Source: Anaerolineales bacterium
GTDB taxonomy: Bacteria > Chloroflexota > Anaerolineae > Anaerolineales > Villigracilaceae
Direction of reading: 5' to 3'
DNA length: 64,000 nt
Assembly (NCBI GenBank): GCA_035498395.1
Contig: DATKAF010000297.1
Location: 930-64,929, forward strand
Part shown: positions 1 to 8,893 of the stretch, in pieces
How the letters are laid out: every line of letters starts with the position of its first letter
How positions within the stretch are numbered: position 1 is the stretch's first letter
Notes under the pieces: generated by a model
The model's database searches: none
What the model was told of the DNA's origin: nothing
The model's input: the letters and a program-made list of their open reading frames with translations, nothing else
Position numbers and translations under genes: made by a program

Positions 1-85
1 ATGATGGAGCACTCGCATGTTTCCCTCCGCTGCATTGGAAATCCGTGTGTGCGGGACTAATGAATCGGCGGAGACCGCCGGACAT
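1..85 (-). CDS. Hypothetical protein, N-terminal fragment; the gene continues beyond the left edge of the window
   Basis: ATG at 83-85 (minus) lies 5 nt downstream of a GGAGG Shine-Dalgarno. The frame stays open to the window edge (MSGGLRRFISPAHTDFQCSGGKHASAPS...). It sits downstream of and co-directional with the EPS locus. No recognisable domain in 28 aa. Confidence 0.3.
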   Translation of the reverse strand, partial: MSGGLRRFISPAHTDFQCSGGKHASAPS

Positions 86-222
86 TCCCACCTCCAGAGA
101 TCGATCGAACACCCAGTTCGACCGTATGGATCATGGGATGAATCTTGCCGTGCATTTCCCCCCGACGATGGAGCACATCTAATGCCGATCTGAAGATGCG
201 GGCCGCTTAGCTGCGGGCGGAC

Positions 223-2046
223 TCAGGAGGCGGGCGTTGATGTCTCGTCGATCAGGCCATTAGCCGCCGATGGCTCCTCCTTTCTGTGTTTGCTGACATT
301 TCTCCAGGATGAGACCTGTGAGCGAAGTGATTGGACATTCCGACCGTGGCACAGGACCGCCCCCAGCACCGTGGCGCCGGACGACTGCAAGCGCCGGAGA
401 GTGCTCTGCGCCGACTCCGTGGGGGTCTGCGCGGCCCGGATGACAAGGAGGACGGCGTCGACCTCGGAAGCCAGGGTCTGGGCATCTGCCGTCTCGGGTG
501 AAGCGGCATCGACGATGACCAGGCCCATCGGGCTTCGCAGCCTGGATAGCACCATCGACCATTTCTCGGCGTTCATCCAGCGCGTGGTCTGATCGGGAGC
601 CGTGCCGCTGGGAATGAGCGTCAGACCATCGATCTCTTCGATGCAATCGCCCACGCGCGGCAGCGCCTGGCTTTCATCGAGCATGTTGGCCAGCCCGGCC
701 TGGTTCGGCCTGCCGAACAATTCGTGCAGATGCGGATGCCGGATGTCTCCATCCACCAGGGCGACTTCCCTGCCCTGCTGGGCATACACAACCGCCAGGT
801 TGGCGGCGATACTGCTCCGGGCCTCTCCCTCAGCGGCGTTCACGATCATCAGGGTGGCGGGCTTTGTCTTGCCATGGCCCGTTTCGATGGCTGCTCCGAG
901 GGCGCGGAACGCTTCTGCCTCGGCAGACGATGGGCGCGCGATCGTCAGCAGGCCCTTCTTGCTGCGCCCAGTATCCGAAACATCGGCAAGTACGGGCAGC
1001 TTGAGAACTTCTTCCGCCTGGCGGGCATGCTTAACAGGGTTATTGACATGGTCCATCACCAGCAGAATGCCGGCCGCCAGTGCGAACCCGACAAGACCGC
1101 CGAACAGGACATACAGCACCGGGAGGGGCCGAACCGGGGCTTTCGGGGCCACTGCGGGATCGATCTGCAGGATGTTGGGGGTGTTCAGCGTGCGGTCTGA
1201 GCGGTTCGCTTCCAGACTGTTCTGCAGCGCCAGATAGATCTGCTGGTAGAGATTGATATTGGACTGGACGTTGGTGATGCTGGGGATCTCGCGGGTGGCT
1301 CCTCCGGTTCCGGGCTGCCCGGTGAAGGTCAGGTTGACCTGGATCTGCTGGTAGAGATTGAGCAGCGAGCGATCCTGCTCGAGCTGCGCCTGCTTGGCGG
1401 CCAGAGCGGCCTGGTCGGCGACGCTGAGCGTCAACGGGAAGTTGTTGATATCCTGCTCCAGGCTGGCGATGCTCGATTTCAGCAGATCCGTCTGTTGATT
1501 GACCAGTTTCAGTTGTTCCTGGATGCTGGCATCGTTCAGCTGCGTGTACTGCGATTGCAGGCTGTCGATCTGCTTCTGCACCTGATCGATCTGCCCGGTC
1601 AGCGCGGTCTCGCTCGCCGCGAAGCGGGAGGCCATGATGTCGTCGTTCTGCTGGATCAGGATCTTGACCAGCGTGTTTGCGATGGCGGCGGCCTGCTTCG
1701 GGTCCTGGTCCTGGACCTTGATCTGGATGATCAGCGTGTTGGGGATCACCGTGACGACGATGTTGTCCGGGTTGATCTTGGCACCCAGCTCATAGGACGC
1801 GTCGTCGAGCACAGGCTTGGTCTTGACCATCAGCGCGTTCGTGGACACAAGCTGGTCCTCGCTGAGCGGCAGCAGGTCCACGCTGGTCTGCTGGCGGGGC
1901 CGGCTGATCAGGACGCGTGTAACCGCCTCGTAATCGGGCGCCTGGATGACGGCCGCGGCCAGGCCGAGCATGACGCCCAGGATCAAACCCAGCGCCAGGA
2001 ATCGGGCTCCTCGCCACATCAACTGTGCAAATTCTTTTAGTTCCAT
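223..2046 (-). CDS. Polysaccharide co-polymerase (Wzz/PCP-2 type) fused to a BY-kinase-like P-loop domain
   Basis: N-terminal TM segment (FLALGLILGVMLGLAAAVI), Wzz-like periplasmic coiled-coil region and a second TM (LYVLFGGLVGFALAAGILLV). The cytoplasmic domain has Walker A'-like VALVDGDIRHP and Walker B-like LVIVDAASP. GAGGA SD lies 7 nt upstream of the ATG. Walker A is degenerate (see findings). Confidence 0.85.
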   Translation of the reverse strand: MELKEFAQLMWRGARFLALGLILGVMLGLAAAVIQAPDYEAVTRVLISRPRQQTSVDLLPLSEDQLVSTNALMVKTKPVLDDASYELGAKINPDNIVVTVIPNTLIIQIKVQDQDPKQAAAIANTLVKILIQQNDDIMASRFAASETALTGQIDQVQKQIDSLQSQYTQLNDASIQEQLKLVNQQTDLLKSSIASLEQDINNFPLTLSVADQAALAAKQAQLEQDRSLLNLYQQIQVNLTFTGQPGTGGATREIPSITNVQSNINLYQQIYLALQNSLEANRSDRTLNTPNILQIDPAVAPKAPVRPLPVLYVLFGGLVGFALAAGILLVMDHVNNPVKHARQAEEVLKLPVLADVSDTGRSKKGLLTIARPSSAEAEAFRALGAAIETGHGKTKPATLMIVNAAEGEARSSIAANLAVVYAQQGREVALVDGDIRHPHLHELFGRPNQAGLANMLDESQALPRVGDCIEEIDGLTLIPSGTAPDQTTRWMNAEKWSMVLSRLRSPMGLVIVDAASPETADAQTLASEVDAVLLVIRAAQTPTESAQSTLRRLQSSGATVLGAVLCHGRNVQSLRSQVSSWRNVSKHRKEEPSAANGLIDETSTPAS

Positions 2047-2102
2047 CGGTTGTTCCTCAATTCAGAATCCGGAAGCTGTTCTGCTGATGCGCCCTTTACA
2101 CT

Positions 2103-3236
2103 TCATTGCAGGGACTGGGCGACCGCCCGTGCAACGGTGAGCACGTCGTCGCTGCTCAGCGCCGGATAGAGAGGCAGTGTGACCTCACGCTCCGCAACCT
2201 CCTCGGTGAGCGGCAGGAAGCGTTCCATCCCGGTATCGCCATAGGCTGTAAAGGAGTGTACGGGCGGGTAGTGGACGCTGGTCTGGATGCCCTGCGCCTT
2301 CATGCTTTCCATGAAGTGCAGCCGGCTGAATCCGCTGGGGAGCAGAACGGGGAGCAGGTGAGCGGCGGAGACGCCCGGATGCTTCTCAAAGGGTACGACC
2401 ACGCGCGGCGCCAGCTCTTCGAGCGCCTCGCGATAGACTTCGGTGAGCTCGCGGCGGCGCTGGTTGTTCGCGTTCAGCTTGCGAAGCTGCATGCGTCCGA
2501 GCGCGGCCCGCATCTCGTCGATGCGGTAGTTATATCCAAGCTCGACGACATCGTAACTCCAGGCATGACCCTTGTGCCGGTCCCAGGTCAGGCTGGTCAT
2601 TCCGTGGGAACGCAGCAATTGCAGCTGCCTGGCATAGGCGTCGTCATTGGTTACGACCATGCCGCCCTCGCCAGTGGTCATATTCTTGTTGGAGAAGAAA
2701 CTGTAGCAGCCGATGTCACCCCAGGTCCCGAGACTGCGGCCGTTCAGCTCCGAGCCAACCGCGTGGGCTGCGTCCTCAATCACTTTCAGGTCACGGCGGC
2801 GGGCCAGCTCTAGGATGGCGGGCATGTCGCAGGCATAGCCGCCGTAGTGAACCACCAGTATGGCGCGCGTGCGCGGGGTGATCGCCCGTTCAATGGACTG
2901 GACCGATATGTTCAGATCGTTGTCGCTGACGATATCGGCGAAGATAGGGGTGGCGCCCGTGTAGCGTACCGCGTTGGCGGTCGCAACGAAGGTCAGGGAG
3001 GGGACGATCGCCTCCGCCCCGGCCGATAAGCCGGCGGCTACGCAGGCCATATGGAGCCCGGCGGTGGCGTTGGTCACTGCAATGGCATGCTTTGCGCCGA
3101 CATATTCGGCGAACGCCTGCTCAAACTCCTGTGTGACCGATCCCATCGTGAGCCATTTGCTGCGCAGGACACTATCCACGGCAGTCAGTTCTTCGGGTCC
3201 GAAATCGATATCAGCAAGAGGTATCTTCCATTCCAT
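2103..3236 (-). CDS. DegT/DnrJ/EryC1/StrS-family PLP-dependent sugar aminotransferase
   Basis: Typical family layout: AVTNATAGLHMA, then DAAHAVGS, then the PLP-lysine motif FFSNKNMTTGEGGMV. AGGAG SD upstream of the ATG. Confidence 0.9.
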   Translation of the reverse strand: MEWKIPLADIDFGPEELTAVDSVLRSKWLTMGSVTQEFEQAFAEYVGAKHAIAVTNATAGLHMACVAAGLSAGAEAIVPSLTFVATANAVRYTGATPIFADIVSDNDLNISVQSIERAITPRTRAILVVHYGGYACDMPAILELARRRDLKVIEDAAHAVGSELNGRSLGTWGDIGCYSFFSNKNMTTGEGGMVVTNDDAYARQLQLLRSHGMTSLTWDRHKGHAWSYDVVELGYNYRIDEMRAALGRMQLRKLNANNQRRRELTEVYREALEELAPRVVVPFEKHPGVSAAHLLPVLLPSGFSRLHFMESMKAQGIQTSVHYPPVHSFTAYGDTGMERFLPLTEEVAEREVTLPLYPALSSDDVLTVARAVAQSLQ

Positions 3237-3247
3237 GGCTGCTCTCC

Positions 3248-3958
3248 TTATAAACCGGGCAGGAACTGGGAGCGCATTGTTTCGAAGTCGCGCGCGGCCC
3301 GCTGGTAGTCATCCGGCCGTCCCAGGTCTTCCCAGTATCCGCTAAACTCGTAGGCGACAACTTTCTCGCCGGCTGCGATCATGTTCTTGACCAGGTCGGG
3401 GAAATCCAGGCGCTGGTTATAGGGGATATATTCGCGGACGCGCGGCTCGAATACGTAAATGCCCATGCTGACCATGAACTCGTACACCGGTTTCTCGATG
3501 TAGCCGGTGATGCGGCAATCGCCGTCCCGCTGGATCACCCCCAGATCGATCTTCGACTGGCGGTGGTGCGCGGCGATGGTAGCGACCGCCTTGTGATCCT
3601 TATGGAACTCGATCAGCTCGCGCAAATTCAGCGTGGTCAGCACGTCGCCGTTGGTCACCAGGAAGGTATCGTCCAGGCCGTCGACCAGCGAGATCGGGCC
3701 GGCTGTCCCCAGGGGAGCTTGCTCATAGCTGTAGCAGATCTCGATCCCATACTGGCTTCCATCCTTGAAAAAGGACCGCAGCAGCTCGGACAGGTGGCCC
3801 ACTGTCAGGATCATGTGATCGATGCCGGCCGCTTTCATCTGGAGCAGCATGACCTCCAGGATCGGCATGTCGCCGATTGGCATCAGAGGTTTTGGAAGGA
3901 TCTTTGTGTAGGGCTCGAGACGGGAACCTTTCCCGCCCGCCAGTATTACCGCTTTCAT
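3248..3958 (-). CDS. Sugar-1-phosphate nucleotidyltransferase (NDP-sugar pyrophosphorylase)
   Basis: MKAVILAGGKGSRLEPYTKILPKPL is the G-x-G-x-R-L signature. I moved the start to the internal ATG at 3956-3958, which is preceded by GGGGAGG. The 40-aa extension in the ORF track overlaps the upstream gene and is Arg/Gly-rich. Confidence 0.85.
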   Translation of the reverse strand: MKAVILAGGKGSRLEPYTKILPKPLMPIGDMPILEVMLLQMKAAGIDHMILTVGHLSELLRSFFKDGSQYGIEICYSYEQAPLGTAGPISLVDGLDDTFLVTNGDVLTTLNLRELIEFHKDHKAVATIAAHHRQSKIDLGVIQRDGDCRITGYIEKPVYEFMVSMGIYVFEPRVREYIPYNQRLDFPDLVKNMIAAGEKVVAYEFSGYWEDLGRPDDYQRAARDFETMRSQFLPGL

Positions 3959-3974
3959 TGTGTGCCTCCCCGCC

Positions 3975-4970
3975 TTAGAATTCGTAAATCCCAACCCGAT
4001 AATGATCGAGGTTTTCCTTGATCCATGCGATGGTCCGATCCAGGCCATCCTCAAAATCCACGCAGGGCTCCCAGCCAAGGCAGCGACGCGCCTGAGAGTT
4101 GTTGGAGAGCAGCCGTCGCACTTCGGAGGCCTGGGGCCGCAGGCGGGCCGGATCCAGGGAGATCATGGCTTGCGAGCCGGTCTTCTCCAGGATCTTCTCC
4201 GCCAGATCGCCGATGCTGATCTCCTGTCCAGTGCCCAGATTGAAAGCCTGACCTTCAATGCCCGGAGCCACCGCGGCGCACAGGAACCCATCGATCGTGT
4301 CGTCCACGTACGTGAAGTCACGCGTGGCATCCAGATTGCCGAGGCGGATGGTCTGATTGCCGAGCGCCTGCGTGATGATGGCCGGGATCACCGCGCGCGC
4401 CGACTGGCGCGGGCCGAACGTGTTGAAGGGGCGTACCGTGACGACGGGCAGTTCGTAGCTGCAATAGAAGCTCTCTGCCAGCTTGTCGGCGCCGATCTTG
4501 GATGCAGAATAGGGTGACTGCGCATGCAGGGGATGCCCCTCATCGATCGGGACACGCTGGGCCGTGCCGTAGACTTCACTGGTGGAGGTGTGAACCAAGC
4601 GCTCCACGCCCACGCTGCGGCAGGCCAGGAGCACATTGAGCGTGCCGATCAGGTTCGTCTCGGCCACTTCCGCCGGGTGTACATAGGAATACGGGATGGA
4701 GATCAGCGCGCCGAGATGGAATACAACCTGGCAGCCTTCGACCGCCTTCCGGACCGCGTCCTGATCCCTCAGGTCCCCGCCGAGCAGCTCCAGCCGGGAG
4801 ATCGTATCGTGTCCGGCCCAGCGGAGCATACCGGGATCGCCGCGTGAGTTATAGCGGACGAAGGCGCGCACCGAGGCGCCGCTCGCGACGAGCTTTTCGA
4901 CCAGGTGACTACCGATAAACCCGCCTGCACCTGTTACCAATACCTTCTTGCCTGACCACGAATTGTCCAT
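3975..4970 (-). CDS. NAD-dependent NDP-sugar epimerase/dehydratase (extended SDR)
   Basis: Rossmann motif VTGAGGFIGSHLV and catalytic YSASK. It abuts the stop of the upstream gene with no gap. Confidence 0.9.
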   Translation of the reverse strand: MDNSWSGKKVLVTGAGGFIGSHLVEKLVASGASVRAFVRYNSRGDPGMLRWAGHDTISRLELLGGDLRDQDAVRKAVEGCQVVFHLGALISIPYSYVHPAEVAETNLIGTLNVLLACRSVGVERLVHTSTSEVYGTAQRVPIDEGHPLHAQSPYSASKIGADKLAESFYCSYELPVVTVRPFNTFGPRQSARAVIPAIITQALGNQTIRLGNLDATRDFTYVDDTIDGFLCAAVAPGIEGQAFNLGTGQEISIGDLAEKILEKTGSQAMISLDPARLRPQASEVRRLLSNNSQARRCLGWEPCVDFEDGLDRTIAWIKENLDHYRVGIYEF

Positions 4971-6611
4971 TCAGTCCCCATCCACCGAGGTGCGTGATTT
5001 GCGAACCACCGCAGCGCGCCTGGTTGAAATGGTGTGCGCCCGCCAGGCTTTTCCGGGCGTGCGCGAGCGGCGGACCAGCCAGCGGAAGTCGTTCAGGTTG
5101 CCGTCCGCCTGATTCTCGGCGGATGAGGCATCCAGGCGAGCCAGGGCGCCGAACACGTCTGGCGCCACAACGACAGTGGCGCGGCCGCTCTTGGCGAGAT
5201 CGCGGAAGTCCTTGTATTTCCGCTCGGCCAGGCGGTTATCGGCCAGGACGATGAGCCGGATGTCGCGCTCCTTGAGCAGCCGGTCGATGTCTTGCACCTG
5301 CCCGATCACCTTCGAGCCGTAGATCTTCATGCCCTGGGAGAGCAGGTCATCGTCGATGAAGCCGGCCACCTGGTACTTGGCGGCATAGGTCGGATGGTCC
5401 ATCAGCCAGGCGATGTGCTCGGCGGTGCGGCCGGAGCCGACGATCAGGACGCGTTGGCGCGGCTGGCCGCGGTTCTCCTCGCGGGCCTTGAGCGAGGCGC
5501 GAAAGCCGCTGAGGAGGCGCTCGCGCGAGCGGCCCAGTGCAAAGCCGCCGATGGCGAACAGCGAGGCGAGAATCAGCATGCTGTACAGGCGGAGGTCCTG
5601 GACGCCCACGCGGTCATGCAGCCAGACCAGCATACCGGTCACGATGAACCAGGCCAGGCACAGGTTGGCCCATTCCCAAGGGGTGGCCTTGGGCCACTTG
5701 ACCTGGTTGGTATGCAGCAGGATGCCGATGGCGCTGAAGAGCACAGCGTATCCGAAGGACATGCCCAGGATACGCATTGCCGCCATGTCCTGCCCGACGA
5801 TGGCGCTTGCTCCGAGCATGGCGATCACCACCGCCACGAAGTCCCAGACGAACCAGCCTACGTAGCGCTGGATCAGGTGCGTGACGGGGCCGACGAACAG
5901 CAGTTGCTCCCGCGGCGTGTAGGCCTTGATGAGCGGGATGAGCAGGAAGAACGTCCACAGGATGACGTCGAGGTCGAGCCAAAACGACTGGTAGTGCACG
6001 TAGAGCTGGTCCAGCCGCATCTTATCGGGGCTGAGCTCGTGCAGGTACTTCTTCATCACCTCGCCGGCGTGCAGCATGCTTTCCTCATCCCGATACAGGA
6101 TGGAGGCGGGGCTGGTGATGCCGGGGCGCACCGAGAGCAGGTCGCGCGCAATGTCCAGCGGCCAGGTGCGGGAGATGGACGGGTCTTCGGGCCGCGGGCC
6201 CACCAGGCTCATGTCCCCGACGAGCACGTTCCAGAGCTGGGGCAGCTCGTTCAGCTTGGTGTCGCGCAGCCACTTGCCCAGCGGGGTGATGCGCTCATCT
6301 TCCTTGAACGTGACGCGCAGGCCCTGATAGCTCTTCTCGTTCTCGAACATGGTGCGGAACTTGAGCATCTTGAAGAAGACGCCACCGCGGCCGATGCGCG
6401 GCCCGCGGTAGAACACCGGGCCGGGCGTATCGCGCTTGATGAGGGCTGCGATCACCAGGAAGAACGGCGTCAACAGGATCAGCCCGAAGAACGCGGCGAC
6501 GATATCGAAGACGCGCTTGATGAGCCGGTTGATGATATTCGTCAGCGGAAACGTAGCCAATTGTTCAATTCCCATTCCCATGACTTTACCTGCCGGTAGA
6601 TCACGCTGCAT
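4971..6611 (-). CDS. Polyprenyl-phosphate phosphoglycosyltransferase-like protein (Bac_transf family) with atypical domain order
   Basis: N-terminal sugar-transferase domain: KRVFDIVAAFFGLILLTPFFLV ... FKMLKFRTM ... RITPLGKWLRDTKLNELPQLWNVLVGDMSLVGPRPE ... RPGITS. It is followed by about 4 TM segments and a C-terminal Rossmann-like region (RVLIVGSGRTAEHIAWL...). The start is uncertain: M1 overlaps the upstream gene by 11 nt, and alternatives exist at M11 and M13. Confidence 0.85.
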   Translation of the reverse strand: MQRDLPAGKVMGMGIEQLATFPLTNIINRLIKRVFDIVAAFFGLILLTPFFLVIAALIKRDTPGPVFYRGPRIGRGGVFFKMLKFRTMFENEKSYQGLRVTFKEDERITPLGKWLRDTKLNELPQLWNVLVGDMSLVGPRPEDPSISRTWPLDIARDLLSVRPGITSPASILYRDEESMLHAGEVMKKYLHELSPDKMRLDQLYVHYQSFWLDLDVILWTFFLLIPLIKAYTPREQLLFVGPVTHLIQRYVGWFVWDFVAVVIAMLGASAIVGQDMAAMRILGMSFGYAVLFSAIGILLHTNQVKWPKATPWEWANLCLAWFIVTGMLVWLHDRVGVQDLRLYSMLILASLFAIGGFALGRSRERLLSGFRASLKAREENRGQPRQRVLIVGSGRTAEHIAWLMDHPTYAAKYQVAGFIDDDLLSQGMKIYGSKVIGQVQDIDRLLKERDIRLIVLADNRLAERKYKDFRDLAKSGRATVVVAPDVFGALARLDASSAENQADGNLNDFRWLVRRSRTPGKAWRAHTISTRRAAVVRKSRTSVDGD

Positions 6612-7161
6612 CGGCTTGCGCCTCGACAGACGGGATCTTTTCCAGCCACTCCTCTCTCCAGAACAAAAGGCACGCGCGGTCGCACTCTCCGAAGGCCATA
6701 GTACCCTTACAGATCAGGTCCTCCAGCAGGATGACGCCTCGAACCCGTTTCATCTTCGAATCGCGCTCATCCATGAACTTCTGCATGACCCGGAAGACGC
6801 GCTGCTCGGTCCCGCAGTAGTCGAACATCTGCGGCAGGAAGGCGCAGCCTTTCAGCTCGCCGAACGGGTCGAGCGAGGCAATGATCTCCTCACGGGAGCG
6901 GACGCGCACGAGGTCGCCCCGGGCGAGGACCGGCGCATCGGCCACCGAGTCCCGGGAGGGCGACTGCGGCTGCGGCGCCGCTTTCAAGTCCAGCGAGGTG
7001 GAGTAGGCCTGCTTCAGCATGGGTTTGACGCGGGAATTCCACGGCGGCGCCAGGAAACGCTTGACCGCCAGCATCAGCGAGCCGAAGCGCGACTCGAGGT
7101 CGCCTTCCGCCATCTTGGGCACATTGGGTAACTGGCAATCCTTCAGATTCGGTTCGTTCAT
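6601..7161 (-). CDS. Hypothetical Cys-containing protein (187 aa)
   Basis: Start placed at the ATG at 7159-7161, which forms an ATGA overlap with the stop of the upstream acyltransferase-like gene. The C-terminal half has ordinary protein composition with 6 Cys (KGCAFLPQMFDYCG ... ICKGTMAFGECDRAC). I recognise no family. Confidence 0.55.
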   Translation of the reverse strand: MNEPNLKDCQLPNVPKMAEGDLESRFGSLMLAVKRFLAPPWNSRVKPMLKQAYSTSLDLKAAPQPQSPSRDSVADAPVLARGDLVRVRSREEIIASLDPFGELKGCAFLPQMFDYCGTEQRVFRVMQKFMDERDSKMKRVRGVILLEDLICKGTMAFGECDRACLLFWREEWLEKIPSVEAQADAA

Positions 7162-8147
7162 GGCAGCATTTTCCTCTCTAATGTTTGGGTGGCGGTGGGT
7201 TTCCGAACAACCGACTTGAGAAATGAGTCCTTCTGGGCACCGATGCAAGCGGGCCATTCCTGCTCGGAAGCCGGGTGCCTGCCTTCCAGGTGCATGCGCA
7301 GCATGCCTTCCGCTTTGGCCAGCCGAGGGTTGGCCGGATCGCGCTGGAGCGACTTGGAGACCCAGCCGTGCAGCGCCGGGGTGACAAACGGCCGCAGCGC
7401 CGGGTGGAAATCGACCCGCTGGCAAACGGCGGTGGGCTGCAGGCCCATGCGGAACTTGAACTCGTCCACGTTGGGCGGCGCGTCCAGCGACTGGACCGTG
7501 AAGAACACGCCCTTGACCCCGGACCGTCCCAGCATCTCGCGGCTGACCGAGTAGAACAGGGCGTTGTTGACGTGGTCCGCCAGGAACTTGCTGTGGCTCA
7601 TGGCATACGGGACGTTGAAGACGTCATCGATGCGGCAGATGATCACTGCTCCGGCCAGCTCGCCGCCGGCGATGGCAGCCCAGGCTTCGAAACCGGGCAG
7701 GCAGATGGCCGCCCGGCACAACTGCTCCCAGTACTCCTGCGTCATGCTGCGCAGGCGATCCTGCCGCGCCAGCGTATCCTGCTGCAAAGCCCAACCTTCG
7801 GTAGCCAGCCGCTCGAAGGGGATCTGCTCGATCTTGAAGTGGTCCAGCCCGTTCTTGATGCCGTTGCGGGTCTGCGACTTCAGCTTTTCCAGCTCGTAAG
7901 GGCGGCGGAGAACGACGTGATAGCTGACACGGCCCTTCCGGTTCCCCAGGGTCGTCGAATAGCGCAGTGCAATAACGCCGTGCTTCCACATCAGGAAGTC
8001 GGTTTCCCGTCTGGTTGGATTGATCAGCCAGTGAAAGGGGAACGCCTGCAAGACGCGCGGACCGGCGTTGTACCAGTAGCTGCTGCGCGTGCGGTACACC
8101 TTGCAGCCCTGGCCCTCGATCCATTGTGCAAAGACTTCGCCATTCAT
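7158..8147 (-). CDS. FemAB/CelD-like (GNAT-fold) acyl- or aminoacyl-transferase
   Basis: About 330 aa of GNAT-related architecture (WALQQDTL ... FEAWAAIAGGELAGAVIICRIDDVFNVPYAMS ... NNALFY) resembling FemAB-family EPS-associated proteins. Start set at the ATG at 8145-8147, preceded by GGAGGAGA. The family call is by resemblance only. Confidence 0.6.
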   Translation of the reverse strand: MNGEVFAQWIEGQGCKVYRTRSSYWYNAGPRVLQAFPFHWLINPTRRETDFLMWKHGVIALRYSTTLGNRKGRVSYHVVLRRPYELEKLKSQTRNGIKNGLDHFKIEQIPFERLATEGWALQQDTLARQDRLRSMTQEYWEQLCRAAICLPGFEAWAAIAGGELAGAVIICRIDDVFNVPYAMSHSKFLADHVNNALFYSVSREMLGRSGVKGVFFTVQSLDAPPNVDEFKFRMGLQPTAVCQRVDFHPALRPFVTPALHGWVSKSLQRDPANPRLAKAEGMLRMHLEGRHPASEQEWPACIGAQKDSFLKSVVRKPTATQTLERKMLP

Positions 8148-8169
8148 TTGAATCTCCTCCTGTATAAGA

Positions 8170-8868
8170 CTAGGCTGCCGGACGAATTCCCAATTCCCGC
8201 GGTAATTGCGGGTCGATATAGTGAAGGAAGAAAACGGTGTCGTTGGTTTCCAGCTCGGGCGTCTCGCTCCAGCCAACCTTCGTGAAGGCCTTGCGGCTCG
8301 GCTGGTTGAACTTGTACACGCCCGATTGGATGGCCCGGCTGCCGCGCTCCCGGCTGCGGGCCTGCACTGCGTCCACCAGCGCCGGGAAGATGCCCATGCC
8401 GCGGTTCGCCCCGTCAACCGCGATGATCGTGACCTGGGCGATCTCCTGCTCGGCAGCCAGCTTGCGGCTCACTTCCGTATCGGCGGACTGCCGGGTCAGG
8501 CGGCGCCACAGCCGTTTCTCAAGCGCCAGCCCCGGCGAGCGCAGGAAGCTGCGGCCCATTTCCGGCAGGCAGGCCATGAACATCGACAATGTGTACGGGC
8601 CATCGCAGACGCCTACCACCCCGATGATCCGGCCGTCCAGGTCCGCAACCAGGCTGTAACAGTCCTCGTCGTTCAGGAGCCACTGGTAGCTGGCCTTTAT
8701 ATAATCCCTGCCCAGCAGCACCGGCACGTGCTCATCCGGGCCGAAACATGCCAGATGCAAGTCTGTCAGAGCGGGAATATCATCTATACGCGGGGGGCGA
8801 ACTACAACAGCCGGGTTAGTCTCTTTGCTATTCACCAATAAGTCTCCATTCCACCAATAAACTTTCAT
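8170..8868 (-). CDS. GNAT-family N-acetyltransferase
   Basis: Acetyl-CoA binding motif region IIAVDGANRGMGIFPALVDAV. Size and layout are typical of GNAT enzymes. Confidence 0.8.
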   Translation of the reverse strand: MKVYWWNGDLLVNSKETNPAVVVRPPRIDDIPALTDLHLACFGPDEHVPVLLGRDYIKASYQWLLNDEDCYSLVADLDGRIIGVVGVCDGPYTLSMFMACLPEMGRSFLRSPGLALEKRLWRRLTRQSADTEVSRKLAAEQEIAQVTIIAVDGANRGMGIFPALVDAVQARSRERGSRAIQSGVYKFNQPSRKAFTKVGWSETPELETNDTVFFLHYIDPQLPRELGIRPAA

Positions 8869-8893
8869 TGTGTTGAGCTTGCCCGCTGGCTGG

